From assembly GCA_017621755.1 (NCBI GenBank), contig JAGASL010000006.1:26727-90726 (forward strand): a stretch of DNA of 64,000 nt. Direction: 5' to 3'. The notes under the pieces are model-generated. The model was not told the DNA's origin and did not search any database. It worked only from the letters and a program-made list of their open reading frames with translations. The stretch comes from Clostridia bacterium (lineage in GTDB: Bacteria > Bacillota > Clostridia > Oscillospirales > CAG-272). The translations under genes and the position numbers were made by a program. Shown here piece by piece: positions 18,158 to 28,116 of the stretch. Every line of letters starts with the position of its first letter. The stretch's first letter is position 1.

Positions 18158-20458
18158 TTATTGACACTGAATTTTAATCTTTCCATCCTCGGCTGTCAAG
18201 GTAACACGTTGAACAGGCGCGGAATAATGACGAATGACCTCCTCGGCGATCGGATCCTCTACTGTGCTGCGGATATACCGGCGCATATGGCGGGCACCGT
18301 ACTTAAAGGAATAGGATTCCTTGGCGATCAAGGCAGAAACGGCTTCGTCATAGAAGAGAGTGATGCCGCGGTTAAGCAGCGCCGCCTTTAACTCCTCTAA
18401 CATAATAACCGCGATCTGCCCAAAATTTTCTTCGGATAAATGGCGGAAGGTGATAATTTCATCCACACGGTTCAAGAACTCGGGCCGCAGGAAGGAGGAA
18501 AGGGCGCGCTCGGTATTCTCCTTACCGAATTCCGCAACGCTTTCACCGAAGCCGGAAACAGCGCCCGAGCGGGCAGAGCCGGCATTGGTGGTCATCACGA
18601 TCAGCGTGTTTTCAAAGTTGACCACGCGCCCTTGCGCATCGGTCACCTTGCCCTCGTCCAGAATCTGCAACAAGATATTCAGAACATCAGGGTGGGCTTT
18701 TTCAATCTCGTCAAACAGCACGACCGAATACGGGCGCCGCCGGATCTTTTCGGTCAGCTGCCCTGCCTCGTCATAGCCCACATAGCCGGGAGGCGCACCG
18801 ATGATCTTGGAGACCGAGTGCTTTTCCATAAATTCGGACATATCCAGCCGGATCAACGTCTCGGGCTGGTGGAACAGATCGGCTGCCAGCACCTTAACCA
18901 GCTCTGTCTTACCAACACCGGTAGGACCGGCAAAGATAAAGGAGACGGGCGCGCGTCGCGCGCTGACACCGGCACGGCTGCGCTTAATGGCACGGGTGAC
19001 CGCAGAAACGGCCTCATCCTGCCCAACGATATGCTCGCGCAGGCGATTTTCTAAGCCCTCCAGCCGTTCAAACTCATCGGCACGTACCGTGCTGGCGGGA
19101 ATGCCCGTCCAGATCTCGATCACGCCGGCAAGGTCGGCATTGGTCAACGTAACGGCAGCGCAAGCATTTTCCAGCTCTGCTTGCTTTTCAAGCAGCTGCA
19201 GCTCCTTGACCTTTACGTCTGCCATGCGGCGATACTTCTCTTCGTTATCCTCGCCGTCCGGCATACTTTCCACGGCTGTTTTTTCCTCATACAGCAGTTT
19301 CAGCTCATGGTCAACACGGCGCTTCTCGTTGATCGCCACAGAGGAAAGCGAGACGTGCGAAGCAGCCTCGTCCAACAGGTCGATCGCTTTATCCGGCAAA
19401 TACCGATCGGTAATATATCGCTCAGAAAGGATAACGGCATTATACAGCACCGCATCCGGGATAGCGACACCGTGATATGTCTCGTAATAATCCTTGATAC
19501 CGCGAAGAACCTCCACGCTCTCAGAAACAGAAGGCTCATTGACCATAACGGGCTGAAAGCGCCGCTCAAGAGCGGTATCCTTTTCAATGAACTTACGGTA
19601 CTCCTTCAGCGTTGTAGCGCCGATGATCTGCACCTCACCGCGTGAAAGCGCGGGCTTGAGGATATTGGCAGCATTCATGCTGCCCTCGCCTTCTCCAGCA
19701 CCAACGATGTTATGCACCTCATCGATCACCAAAATGATGTTGCCTGCCTCCTTCACCTCGTTCAAAAGGCCGAGCACACGTGATTCAAACTGGCCGCGGA
19801 ATTGCGTACCCGCTACCAGCGCTGTCAGATCAAGCAAATGAACCTCGGAGCCCTTCAGCCGATACGGCACCTCGCCGGCCGCAATGCGTGAGGCAAGCGC
19901 CTCGGCAATGGCTGTCTTACCAACGCCAGGCTCGCCGATCAGGCAGGGGTTGTTTTTTTGCCGGCGGCAAAGGATCTGTATCACGCGCGAAAGCTCTCGC
20001 TCGCGTCCAACAATGCGATCCAGCTTTCCATCAGCCGCCTTCTTTGTCAAATTTTGACAGTAGGTGGAAAGGAACTTTCTTTTAGGGGCAGCCTTTTTTC
20101 CATCACCGGTCTTGGCCTTGCCCTCCTCGCTCTGCTTATCGCGACCATCGCCTGCGGCGGCAGACTGAAAGATCTTGGGCAACTCAATGGCTGGGGCGCC
20201 GCCCTCTTCTTCATTTTCCGCATCAAGAGAGGAAGGCAGATTTTCCTTGTCGCCAAAGAAGCTACCCAGCTCTGCGCTCATGCGGTCAAAATCATCCTCG
20301 CTGATTCCCATCTTGTCAAGCATGTCGTTGACCGGCTTGATACCCAGCTCACGCGCACACTTGAGGCAAATGCCCTCGTTAACGGTTTTCCCGTCCTCCA
20401 ATCTGGAAATAAAAACCACCGCAACACGCTGGTGGCATCTTGCACACATTTGCATCAT
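18158..20458 (-). CDS. ATP-dependent Clp protease ATP-binding subunit, ClpE/ClpC-like with an N-terminal zinc finger
   Basis: CARC...CLKC N-terminus instead of Clp-N repeats; two AAA+ modules ([16 protein letters not shown]); IGAPPGYVG. Confidence 0.92.
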   Translation of the reverse strand: MMQMCARCHQRVAVVFISRLEDGKTVNEGICLKCARELGIKPVNDMLDKMGISEDDFDRMSAELGSFFGDKENLPSSLDAENEEEGGAPAIELPKIFQSAAAGDGRDKQSEEGKAKTGDGKKAAPKRKFLSTYCQNLTKKAADGKLDRIVGRERELSRVIQILCRRQKNNPCLIGEPGVGKTAIAEALASRIAAGEVPYRLKGSEVHLLDLTALVAGTQFRGQFESRVLGLLNEVKEAGNIILVIDEVHNIVGAGEGEGSMNAANILKPALSRGEVQIIGATTLKEYRKFIEKDTALERRFQPVMVNEPSVSESVEVLRGIKDYYETYHGVAIPDAVLYNAVILSERYITDRYLPDKAIDLLDEAASHVSLSSVAINEKRRVDHELKLLYEEKTAVESMPDGEDNEEKYRRMADVKVKELQLLEKQAELENACAAVTLTNADLAGVIEIWTGIPASTVRADEFERLEGLENRLREHIVGQDEAVSAVTRAIKRSRAGVSARRAPVSFIFAGPTGVGKTELVKVLAADLFHQPETLIRLDMSEFMEKHSVSKIIGAPPGYVGYDEAGQLTEKIRRRPYSVVLFDEIEKAHPDVLNILLQILDEGKVTDAQGRVVNFENTLIVMTTNAGSARSGAVSGFGESVAEFGKENTERALSSFLRPEFLNRVDEIITFRHLSEENFGQIAVIMLEELKAALLNRGITLFYDEAVSALIAKESYSFKYGARHMRRYIRSTVEDPIAEEVIRHYSAPVQRVTLTAEDGKIKIQCQ

Positions 20459-20505
20459 ATCACCACACAATTCATATAACCAAAAAGTAAAAACCTATCT
20501 TGTAT

Positions 20506-20534
20506 ATTATACAGTAGGTTACCCACGGTGTCAA
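20506..20534 (-). promoter_or_regulatory. Sigma-A promoter of clpE/C-apbC
   Basis: Minus strand perfect TTGACA-N17-TATAAT. Confidence 0.75.
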
Positions 20535-20584
20535 CAAAAAACCGGTCTCTTTTTTGCCAAAAACGTAAATTCTTTATGACCATT

Positions 20585-23500
20585 TTACCGCAAGATCACG
20601 TTTTCCTTACCAAGCAGGTCACGCAAGCGAGAAAGCAGCCCTTCACTTGCCAAAACGGAAATCCCCTTGGCGGCCACATACTTTTTGTTGCTGTTATCAT
20701 ATAGGATCAGGGCAGTATTCCCTTTTTCCTTACGCGCCAGGCGAAGCGCTTCTTCGCATCTTGCGTGAGTAAGCGAGGGCACCTTCAGATACAGCTTGTC
20801 CTCTGCCGGGGCCTTGGGCATCTGTACGGCTGATGCTTGATAATCCTCATCCGGCTGCAGGCGCGTGACGGCAGAAAGAAGCAGCTTTGGCTCTTCCCCC
20901 TCACGGATGGAAAGCTCGCCCTCCATATACACCGCATTTTCGACGAGTAGATCTGCCCCCAGGCGGGCCAGCACCTTAGGAAACACAACAATCTCCATTT
21001 CAGAAAAACGATCGGCTAAGGTGAAAAACGCCATCGGCTCGCCGCTGCGCGTATTCTTGTTCACGCGCTTGGTGATCACGCCGGCCACACCGACCCGCTG
21101 CTTATCCGCATACCGGTCAGAGGTGCCGGATTCCTCAGAATAGGATTGCATAATATCGCCTATCTGTTCGGCGTGCAGCGTCTGCACGTGCTTTTTGTAA
21201 TCATCCAGCAGGTGACCAGAGAAGGACATGCCTGCGCTTTCCTTTTCCAAAATCAGCAATTCCCGCATGCTAAATTCAGGCAGATCTGGATATTGGAATT
21301 TTGTTTTGGCTGTATCATTCGGCAGCGCGGCAGAAAACAGATCAAGCTGCCCTGTTAAATTCGAGCGGCTTCGCGCCTGCGCCGCTTCTAAGATCTGCTC
21401 GTAGGCAGAAAGCAGCTGGCTGCGCTTTGTTCCCAGACGGTCAAAGGCACCACACTTGACCAGCGCCTCTAACTGCCGGCGGTTCAGATCCGAGCCGGCC
21501 ATACGATCGACAAAATCCTCAAAATCGAGAAAATCGCCGTGCTTACGTTCTTGCAAGATCTGCTCAACAAAGGTTCTGCCCACGTTTTTTATGGCTAAAA
21601 GGCCAAATCGGATATGATCGCCCGCCACCGAGAAATGCAAGCGGCTCTCATTGATATCCGGTGCCAGAACGGCAATATGCGCCTTTTGACATTCCGCCAT
21701 ATATTCACCCAGCTTACCCGTATCCCCCAGCACTGAGGTCATCAGGGCAGCCATATATTCGCGCGGATAATGGGCCTTCAAATAAGCGGTGCGGTAGGAG
21801 ATCACGGCATAGGCCGTTGCATGGCTTTTATTAAAGGCGTAGCTGGCAAAGCTGACCATTTCCTCAAACACCTGTTCGGCCGCCTGCTGATCAACGCCGC
21901 GTGCCAGGCTGCCCTCTACAAACAGCGCGCGCTCAGCCTCCATTACCTCCGGCTTTTTCTTTGCCATGGCACGGCGAACCACGTCTGCATGGGCAAAGCT
22001 GTACCCGGCCAGCTCACGGCAGATCTGCATGACCTGCTCCTGGTATACGATACACCCGTTGGTAACACCCAGAATGTCGCGCAAGGCGGGCACGGCATAG
22101 CGAACCGGCTCTGTTCCGTTCCTACAGGCAATATAGCGCGGAATAGAATCCATCGGGCCGGGGCGATATAGTGCGATGGCCGCGATCACGTCCTCTAAAT
22201 TGGCAGGCTTTAGCTGCGTGAGCAGCTGCTTCATCCCGGCGGACTCTAACTGAAAGACGCCGTTTGTCTGCCCCTCTGCCATCAGGTGATAGGAGGCCGC
22301 ATCGTCAAGCGGAATTTTGGAAAGCGAAAAGCCGGGCTCGCGCACGCGAATCTCCTTTTCCGCATTGGAAAGGATCGTTAGATAACGCAGGCCAAGAAAA
22401 TCAAATTTAACAAGGCCAAGCGAGGCAGCCGTATCCATGTCATACTGTGTAACCGTCACGTCACCGTTGACAGAAAGCGGCACGTAGTAATCGGTCGGGT
22501 GCTCGGTAATAACGATGCCGGCGGCGTGAGTCGAGGCGTGGCGAGGCATCCCCTCCAGCGCGCAGGCAACGTCTAACAGCCGGCGTATCTCAGGCGAGCC
22601 ATCGTATAACTCACGCAGCTCCTTTTTGGCCATGGCATCGGCTATCGTGACGTTCAGCTCGTGCGGGATCAGGCGTGCCACGCGATCAACCTCGGCATAC
22701 GGCATGCCCAGCGCGCGGCCTACGTCACGCACGGCGGCACGGGCCGCCATCGTACCAAAGGTAACGATCTGCGCTACGTGGTCGGCGCCGTATTTGCGGC
22801 GCACGTATTCGATCACCTCGCCACGTCTGTCGTAACAAAAATCGGTATCAAAATCCGGCAGGGACACGCGCTCCGGGTTCAAAAAGCGCTCAAACAGCAG
22901 GTGGTAGCGCAAGGGGTCTACGTCCGTGATCCCGATGCAAAAGGCTACCAGGCTCCCCGCGCCCGAGCCACGGCCGGGGCCGACCGGAATATCAGAGCGC
23001 TTGGCAAACGCGATAAAATCCTGCACGATCAAAAAATACGCGTTAAAGCCCATTTGATCGATCACGGAAAGCTCATAACGCAATCGTTCACGATATTCCC
23101 CTTCACTCGCGAAGGAAAAATCGATTACGCCGGTCTTTACCTTCTCAGAAAAGCCCTTTTCCGTTAGGTCAAGCAAGCACTCCTTGTGCGTTCGGCCATC
23201 CGGCGGCGTAAAGGTTGGCAGATGGGTCTGCCCGAATATAAAGTCGAAATTACACATATCGGCGATCTTGCCAGTGTTTTCAACAGCCCCCGGATAATCG
23301 GCAAACAGGCGCTGCATCTCTTCGGTGCTTTTATAGTAAAACTCATCCGTTTCAAAGCCGATGGGGCGCCCATCGGTGATCACATTGCCAGTCTGCACAC
23401 ACAGTAAAATCGCCTGCGTATCCGCATCCTTTTTTTCGATATAGTGCACGTCATTGGTGGCAACCAGACCGATACCGGTCTCCTCTGCCATCACGCGCAA

Positions 23501-24067
23501 GGCCTTTGCTACCGTTTGCTCCTCGGTAAGGCTGTGGTCCTGCACCTCTAAATAAAAATGATCCTTGCCAAAGATCTCCTGTAGCTCTCTTGCGTGCTGC
23601 GTGGCACCGTTTATATCGCCTGCCAGGATCAGCTGCGGGATCTTGCCCGCCAGGCAGGCTGAAAGCGCGATCAATCCGCGGCTGTGCTTGCGCAGCAGCT
23701 CCATATCTACGCGCGGCTTGGCATAAAATCCCTCTGTGAAGCCGGCCGAAACAAGCGCAATTAAGTTGCGGTAACCAATTTCATTTTCAACCAAAAGAAC
23801 AAGGTGATAGGCCGCGGAATCCATCCGCCCCTCACGGTCGTGTCGTGTACGCGGCGCAACGTAGACCTCACAGCCAATGATCGGCTTTACCCCTTCTTCT
23901 ACACAGGCGCGATAAAAGGCAACGGCACCGTACATGACGCCATGGTCGGTAATGGCAACAGCAGAGTGCCCTTCTCTTTTTGCCTTTTTGGGGATTTCCG
24001 TTACACGGCAAGCACCGTCCAGCAGGCTATATTCACTATGCAGATGAAGATGAACAAAATCTGCCAC
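20585..24067 (-). CDS. dnaE: DNA polymerase III alpha subunit
   Basis: PHP domain (HLHLHSEYSLLDG, AITDHG), GPGRGSGAGS, PDFDTDF, KFDFLGLR, YAFNKSH and an OB fold. Confidence 0.98.
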   Translation of the reverse strand: MADFVHLHLHSEYSLLDGACRVTEIPKKAKREGHSAVAITDHGVMYGAVAFYRACVEEGVKPIIGCEVYVAPRTRHDREGRMDSAAYHLVLLVENEIGYRNLIALVSAGFTEGFYAKPRVDMELLRKHSRGLIALSACLAGKIPQLILAGDINGATQHARELQEIFGKDHFYLEVQDHSLTEEQTVAKALRVMAEETGIGLVATNDVHYIEKKDADTQAILLCVQTGNVITDGRPIGFETDEFYYKSTEEMQRLFADYPGAVENTGKIADMCNFDFIFGQTHLPTFTPPDGRTHKECLLDLTEKGFSEKVKTGVIDFSFASEGEYRERLRYELSVIDQMGFNAYFLIVQDFIAFAKRSDIPVGPGRGSGAGSLVAFCIGITDVDPLRYHLLFERFLNPERVSLPDFDTDFCYDRRGEVIEYVRRKYGADHVAQIVTFGTMAARAAVRDVGRALGMPYAEVDRVARLIPHELNVTIADAMAKKELRELYDGSPEIRRLLDVACALEGMPRHASTHAAGIVITEHPTDYYVPLSVNGDVTVTQYDMDTAASLGLVKFDFLGLRYLTILSNAEKEIRVREPGFSLSKIPLDDAASYHLMAEGQTNGVFQLESAGMKQLLTQLKPANLEDVIAAIALYRPGPMDSIPRYIACRNGTEPVRYAVPALRDILGVTNGCIVYQEQVMQICRELAGYSFAHADVVRRAMAKKKPEVMEAERALFVEGSLARGVDQQAAEQVFEEMVSFASYAFNKSHATAYAVISYRTAYLKAHYPREYMAALMTSVLGDTGKLGEYMAECQKAHIAVLAPDINESRLHFSVAGDHIRFGLLAIKNVGRTFVEQILQERKHGDFLDFEDFVDRMAGSDLNRRQLEALVKCGAFDRLGTKRSQLLSAYEQILEAAQARSRSNLTGQLDLFSAALPNDTAKTKFQYPDLPEFSMRELLILEKESAGMSFSGHLLDDYKKHVQTLHAEQIGDIMQSYSEESGTSDRYADKQRVGVAGVITKRVNKNTRSGEPMAFFTLADRFSEMEIVVFPKVLARLGADLLVENAVYMEGELSIREGEEPKLLLSAVTRLQPDEDYQASAVQMPKAPAEDKLYLKVPSLTHARCEEALRLARKEKGNTALILYDNSNKKYVAAKGISVLASEGLLSRLRDLLGKENVILR

Positions 24068-24068
24068 G

Positions 24069-24965
24069 TTATAAATCCCCTTTCTTCTTGTTTAGAAGCT
24101 CTTCAGCGATCTCTACGATTTTTTTCAGTCTATGATTGAGGCCGGATTTCGTCATGGGCGGATCTGCGGCAGCCGCCAGTTGAAGAAGCGAAAGATCTGG
24201 ATATTGCAGCCGCAGGCGCGCTGTTTTTTCAAGCTCAGGCGACAAAAAGGAGAGCTTATTCTCTGCAATCAGCCTCTCTATCAGCTCGATCTGCCGCATG
24301 GCGCTGGCAATGGTCTTATCAATATTGTTGGCGTCGCAATTGGCTAGGCGATTTGCATCATTCCGCATGGCGCGCTCGATCTTCTGATCCATCACCGTAA
24401 AGGTGGCCTGCGTAGCGCCTATATGGGCAAAAAGATCCTCAATAGACGTGCTATCGCGGAAATAAAGCAGCTTTTCGTTTCTTCGGTCGGCCTGCTTGGG
24501 GGCAAGATCAAAGGTCTCTAACAGGGCAGCAAAACCCTCGCGCCGCCGCCCACAGGAGAATTCAAGCCGGTATCCCGTATCAGGAGCCTTTACACGCCCT
24601 GCCGCAAAAAAAGCGCCGGAAAGGAACGCCTTTCGGCAGTTGCCGCATTTTTCAGCAAAAGGAATTTTCAACGTCTCTCCCTCCAAATCAGAAAGAAACT
24701 TTGAGGCAGCACCAGAAGAAAAACATAGCACGTCACCTGCAACCGCCCCCGGGCGCTTCATTCGCTTACTTTCCCGCGAAAACTGCTCGAATACCAGCCT
24801 TTCTACCGTTTCAAACTGCAGCCCCTCATGCAAGGCAACGCAAACGGTATCACCAGAAAGCTCTGCACGCATATATAAAATGCCAAACAAAAAGGCGCGC
24901 CTGCAGCAGGCCTTTTTAGAAAGCCCTGCTACGATCTCTTCTTTTACGGCCTCTGTAAACGACAT
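24069..24965 (-). CDS. whiA: DNA-binding protein WhiA
   Basis: MSFT..VKEE, AFLSGAF, RNDANRLANCD.NN, RLRLQYPDLSL.QL and TKSGLNHRLKK motifs. Confidence 0.93.
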   Translation of the reverse strand: MSFTEAVKEEIVAGLSKKACCRRAFLFGILYMRAELSGDTVCVALHEGLQFETVERLVFEQFSRESKRMKRPGAVAGDVLCFSSGAASKFLSDLEGETLKIPFAEKCGNCRKAFLSGAFFAAGRVKAPDTGYRLEFSCGRRREGFAALLETFDLAPKQADRRNEKLLYFRDSTSIEDLFAHIGATQATFTVMDQKIERAMRNDANRLANCDANNIDKTIASAMRQIELIERLIAENKLSFLSPELEKTARLRLQYPDLSLLQLAAAADPPMTKSGLNHRLKKIVEIAEELLNKKKGDL

Positions 24966-25900
24966 GTCTCTTCCTCTTTCACATCTAAAAACTCAATTTC
25001 CGGAACAAGGCTGATGCCCAAGGTACCCAAAACGCGCTCCTGCACCAAGCAAACGAGCCGGTGCACATCTCGGGCGGTTGCGCCCCCTACGTTGACAATA
25101 AAGCCGGCATGCTGCTTGGAGATCTGGGCACCGCCGATGGTATAGCCACGTAGGTCACACATGTCGATCATGCGCCACACCTCGCCCTCCTTCGGCCGGC
25201 GAAAAACGCTGCCGGCGCTTGGTAAGGACAAGGGCTGTGCTTCTCTTCTCTTTTTTGTCACCTCGGCAATTCGCGCGCGTATTCGTTGCGTTTCGGTTGG
25301 GGTGCATGCAAAGGTGGCATCTAAAAGGATCCATTCCTTTGTTTTTTGCAGCAGGCTCATACGGTAGGAAAACGCAAGCTCGTTTTTAGAGAACACGCGT
25401 TTTTCCCCGGTGACCGTAGAAAACATGGTAGCCGCCTCTAAGCATGACGCTATATCACTACCATGCGCGCCGGCATTCATTTTCACACCGCCGCCGACCG
25501 TACCGGGAATGCCGTATAGGCATTCCAGCCCGCCAAGACCTGCGCGAGCCGCCGCCAACACGAGGTCACCCAAGCGGCATCCGCAATCTGCCTTGATTTT
25601 TGTTCCGCTAATTTGAACACCTCGCAACGCGGCCGTTGAAAAAATAACACCGGGAAAGAAACCATCCCCCGGTATGATATTACTGCCGCCGCCAAACAAA
25701 GCATATGGGATCTGCTTATGCCTTGCTATTAACAAACAGCGGCACAGCGCCTCTTTACTGGCTGGCGTGCAAACGGCATCGGCCAAGCCGCCAACGTGCA
25801 TCGTGCAAAGCTCCGCAAGCGGTACGTTGCGCCGCAATGCAGGCACATCAGAAGCGCTCGATAAAAGACCAAAATATTGTTGCCGTGCGAAAATACCCAT
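24944..25900 (-). CDS. murB: UDP-N-acetylenolpyruvoylglucosamine reductase
   Basis: GGGSN, GIPGTVGG..MNAGA, FSYR.S, QPL..PSAGSVF, HAGFIVN and PEI motifs. Confidence 0.95.
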   Translation of the reverse strand: MGIFARQQYFGLLSSASDVPALRRNVPLAELCTMHVGGLADAVCTPASKEALCRCLLIARHKQIPYALFGGGSNIIPGDGFFPGVIFSTAALRGVQISGTKIKADCGCRLGDLVLAAARAGLGGLECLYGIPGTVGGGVKMNAGAHGSDIASCLEAATMFSTVTGEKRVFSKNELAFSYRMSLLQKTKEWILLDATFACTPTETQRIRARIAEVTKKRREAQPLSLPSAGSVFRRPKEGEVWRMIDMCDLRGYTIGGAQISKQHAGFIVNVGGATARDVHRLVCLVQERVLGTLGISLVPEIEFLDVKEEETCRLQRP

Positions 25901-25904
25901 ATTC

Positions 25905-25945
25905 TTTCCCCCTCTTTCATACTCATTCTATGAAAGAGGGGGAAA
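25905..25945 (-). promoter_or_regulatory. RBS-sequestering hairpin containing a candidate mother-cell (sigma-E/K) -10 element
   Basis: Perfect 17-bp stem TTTCCCCCTCTTTCATA / TATGAAAGAGGGGGAAA ending 4 nt before the murB ATG. No U-tract. CATAGAAT at 25925-25932. Confidence 0.6.
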
Positions 25946-25951
25946 AACAGG

Positions 25952-27637
25952 TTACTGCCCCTGCAGCATATCAATGGCGGCAAGCCTTTGTGCATCCGTT
26001 ACCGAAAGGCCACCGAGAATGCGCGCCAGCTCCTCTACCCGCTCCTCACGTGTCAGGCGCAGCACGCTTGTTTCAGCACGCCCATCGCGCTCGCCCTTTG
26101 CGATCACAAAATGGCAATCTGCCAGCGATGCGATCTGCGCAGAGTGTGTTACACACAAAACCTGCGAGCGGCTGCCGGCATCTCTTAGCTTGATGCCGAT
26201 CTTGCGTGCCGTCTTACCGGAAACGCCCGTATCGACCTCATCATAAATAATGGTTGGTATGCCGTCTTTATCAGCCAACACGCTCTTAATAGAAAGCATA
26301 ATGCGTGAAAGCTCACCACCCGAGGCAATTTTCGCCATAGGTGCCGGCGGCTCGCCAGGGTTGGTCGAAATCAAGAACTCGATCTTATCAAAACCGTTTT
26401 CGTCAAATTCAGCACGCCCGTGCTTGATCTGCTCTTGTATGCTTATTTTGAAATGCACACGAGGCATATCCAAAAAGGCCAGGGCTTCTGCAATTTCCGC
26501 TTCAAGCTGCGTTGCCGCCGTTAGGCGCGCCTCGTGCAGCTTGCGCGCCTGCGCCAGCACACGCCCGTAACAGGCTTCCTCTTCCCGCTGCAGCGCCGCC
26601 AGACGATCATCGGCGCTCTCTAAATCAGAAAGTCGCTCTGCCGCCTTAGCGCGAAAGTCTAAAACGTCTGCTATGCCGCCCTTGCCATATTTGCGGCAAA
26701 GCCGGTCGATCGCATCCAGCCGTGCCTCCACACGGTTGAGAAGCTCGGTCGGGTCTCCCTCTATGTCGCCACCGAATTCATCAATTTTTTCGGCGCAATC
26801 ATCAATCTGCCACATTTTTTCTTCAAGATCCGCGGCGATCGATTGAACCTCGGGAATAACGTCGGCTAATTGAGACAGGGCTTGTATTGCCCGTGAAAGA
26901 ATATAAACGACGCTCCCCTTTTCGCTCCCCTTTAGTGCGCGATAGGCAAAGGAGACGTTTTTAGAGATTTTTTCGGCATTCTTTAACCGCCCACGCTTTT
27001 CTTCCAGCTTTTCTTCTTCACCAGCGCGTAACGAAACGGCATCAATATCCGCGATCTGATAGCGCAGCATCTCGATCTCGCGAAGCCGCTGCCCCTCGTC
27101 TACCGATACGTCACGAATCTGCCGGCGCAAGGCGCATAGCTCGTGATACAGTGCACGGTATTCCTCTAAAAGCTGCTCATCATCCGCATAGCTATCAAGG
27201 ATGTGGGTTTGGTTTTGTGGATCGGTGATCAAGCGATTATCGTTTTGCCCATGAATGTGTATCAGCGCAGGGCCAATCTCTTTCAAAACGGAAAGCGTAA
27301 TCGCGCGGCCATTTATGCGCACAGAGGAGTGGCCGTCTGTCTGCACTGTTCGCTGGATAAGGAGCTTTCCCTCCTCGTCCGGTTCAACGCCGCAGCTTGA
27401 TAGCGCAGCCAGCGTTTCCTCTGCCAGATCATCGAACACCGCGCTGACTAAAGCGCGGCTTTCGCCGGTACGAATCAGCTCACGCTCTGCGCGTTTTCCC
27501 AACAAAAGCCCAATGCTATCAATGATAATAGATTTCCCCGCACCCGTTTCACCGGTAAACGAGGAAAAACCGCCCGCTAAATCTATATCTACCGACTTAA
27601 TGACCGCAATATTTTCAATATGCAGCGAGGTCAGCAT
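25952..27637 (-). CDS. recN: DNA repair protein RecN
   Basis: TGETGAGKSII, IHGQND, ASGGELSRIML, YDEVDTGVSG and VTH.AQIA motifs. Confidence 0.97.
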   Translation of the reverse strand: MLTSLHIENIAVIKSVDIDLAGGFSSFTGETGAGKSIIIDSIGLLLGKRAERELIRTGESRALVSAVFDDLAEETLAALSSCGVEPDEEGKLLIQRTVQTDGHSSVRINGRAITLSVLKEIGPALIHIHGQNDNRLITDPQNQTHILDSYADDEQLLEEYRALYHELCALRRQIRDVSVDEGQRLREIEMLRYQIADIDAVSLRAGEEEKLEEKRGRLKNAEKISKNVSFAYRALKGSEKGSVVYILSRAIQALSQLADVIPEVQSIAADLEEKMWQIDDCAEKIDEFGGDIEGDPTELLNRVEARLDAIDRLCRKYGKGGIADVLDFRAKAAERLSDLESADDRLAALQREEEACYGRVLAQARKLHEARLTAATQLEAEIAEALAFLDMPRVHFKISIQEQIKHGRAEFDENGFDKIEFLISTNPGEPPAPMAKIASGGELSRIMLSIKSVLADKDGIPTIIYDEVDTGVSGKTARKIGIKLRDAGSRSQVLCVTHSAQIASLADCHFVIAKGERDGRAETSVLRLTREERVEELARILGGLSVTDAQRLAAIDMLQGQ

Positions 27638-27653
27638 TGTTACACCTCCACGC

Positions 27654-28106
27654 TTACAGGGTATTTAGCATCTGCCTGATTTTATTACATATTTCTGCTG
27701 ACTTTGCAGGGTCGCGGATGACCACAATAACGGTATCGTCTCCGCCTACACAGCCAAGAACATCTGCATTGCCGATAGCATCGATGCAGGAAGCAACCGG
27801 CTGTGCCATGCCGGGATATGTACGAACCACGATCATATTACCGGCGCTGTCAATTCGTTGTACCGATTCTGCCAGGGCGCTATTAAACCGCGGCGCCGGT
27901 GCCTCGCGCTTGGTGGGGTGCACGTATTTATATACACCGTCTGCCATCATGGCCTTCACGAGCTTCAGCTCGCGAATATCGCGCGAGATCGTTGCCTGTG
28001 TGGCAACGTATCCGGCGTCGTTTAACCGGCTGATCAGCTCCTCCTGCGTATTGATATTGTACGTCTCAATCAGCTCTAAGATCGCCTGCTGTCTCTTGCT
28101 TTTCAT
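27654..28106 (-). CDS. argR: Arginine repressor
   Basis: RQQAI, TQEEL, TQATISRDIREL, T.PG.A and GGDDT motifs. Confidence 0.96.
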   Translation of the reverse strand: MKSKRQQAILELIETYNINTQEELISRLNDAGYVATQATISRDIRELKLVKAMMADGVYKYVHPTKREAPAPRFNSALAESVQRIDSAGNMIVVRTYPGMAQPVASCIDAIGNADVLGCVGGDDTVIVVIRDPAKSAEICNKIRQMLNTL

Positions 28107-28116
28107 CTGCCAAACC

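Noticed and set aside
20460-20585. CtsR or CIRCE heat-shock operators upstream of clpE/C (also checked upstream of tig/clpP)
   Set aside because: No GGTCAAA-N3-GGTCAAA or TTAGCACTC-N9-GAGTGCTAA match seen.
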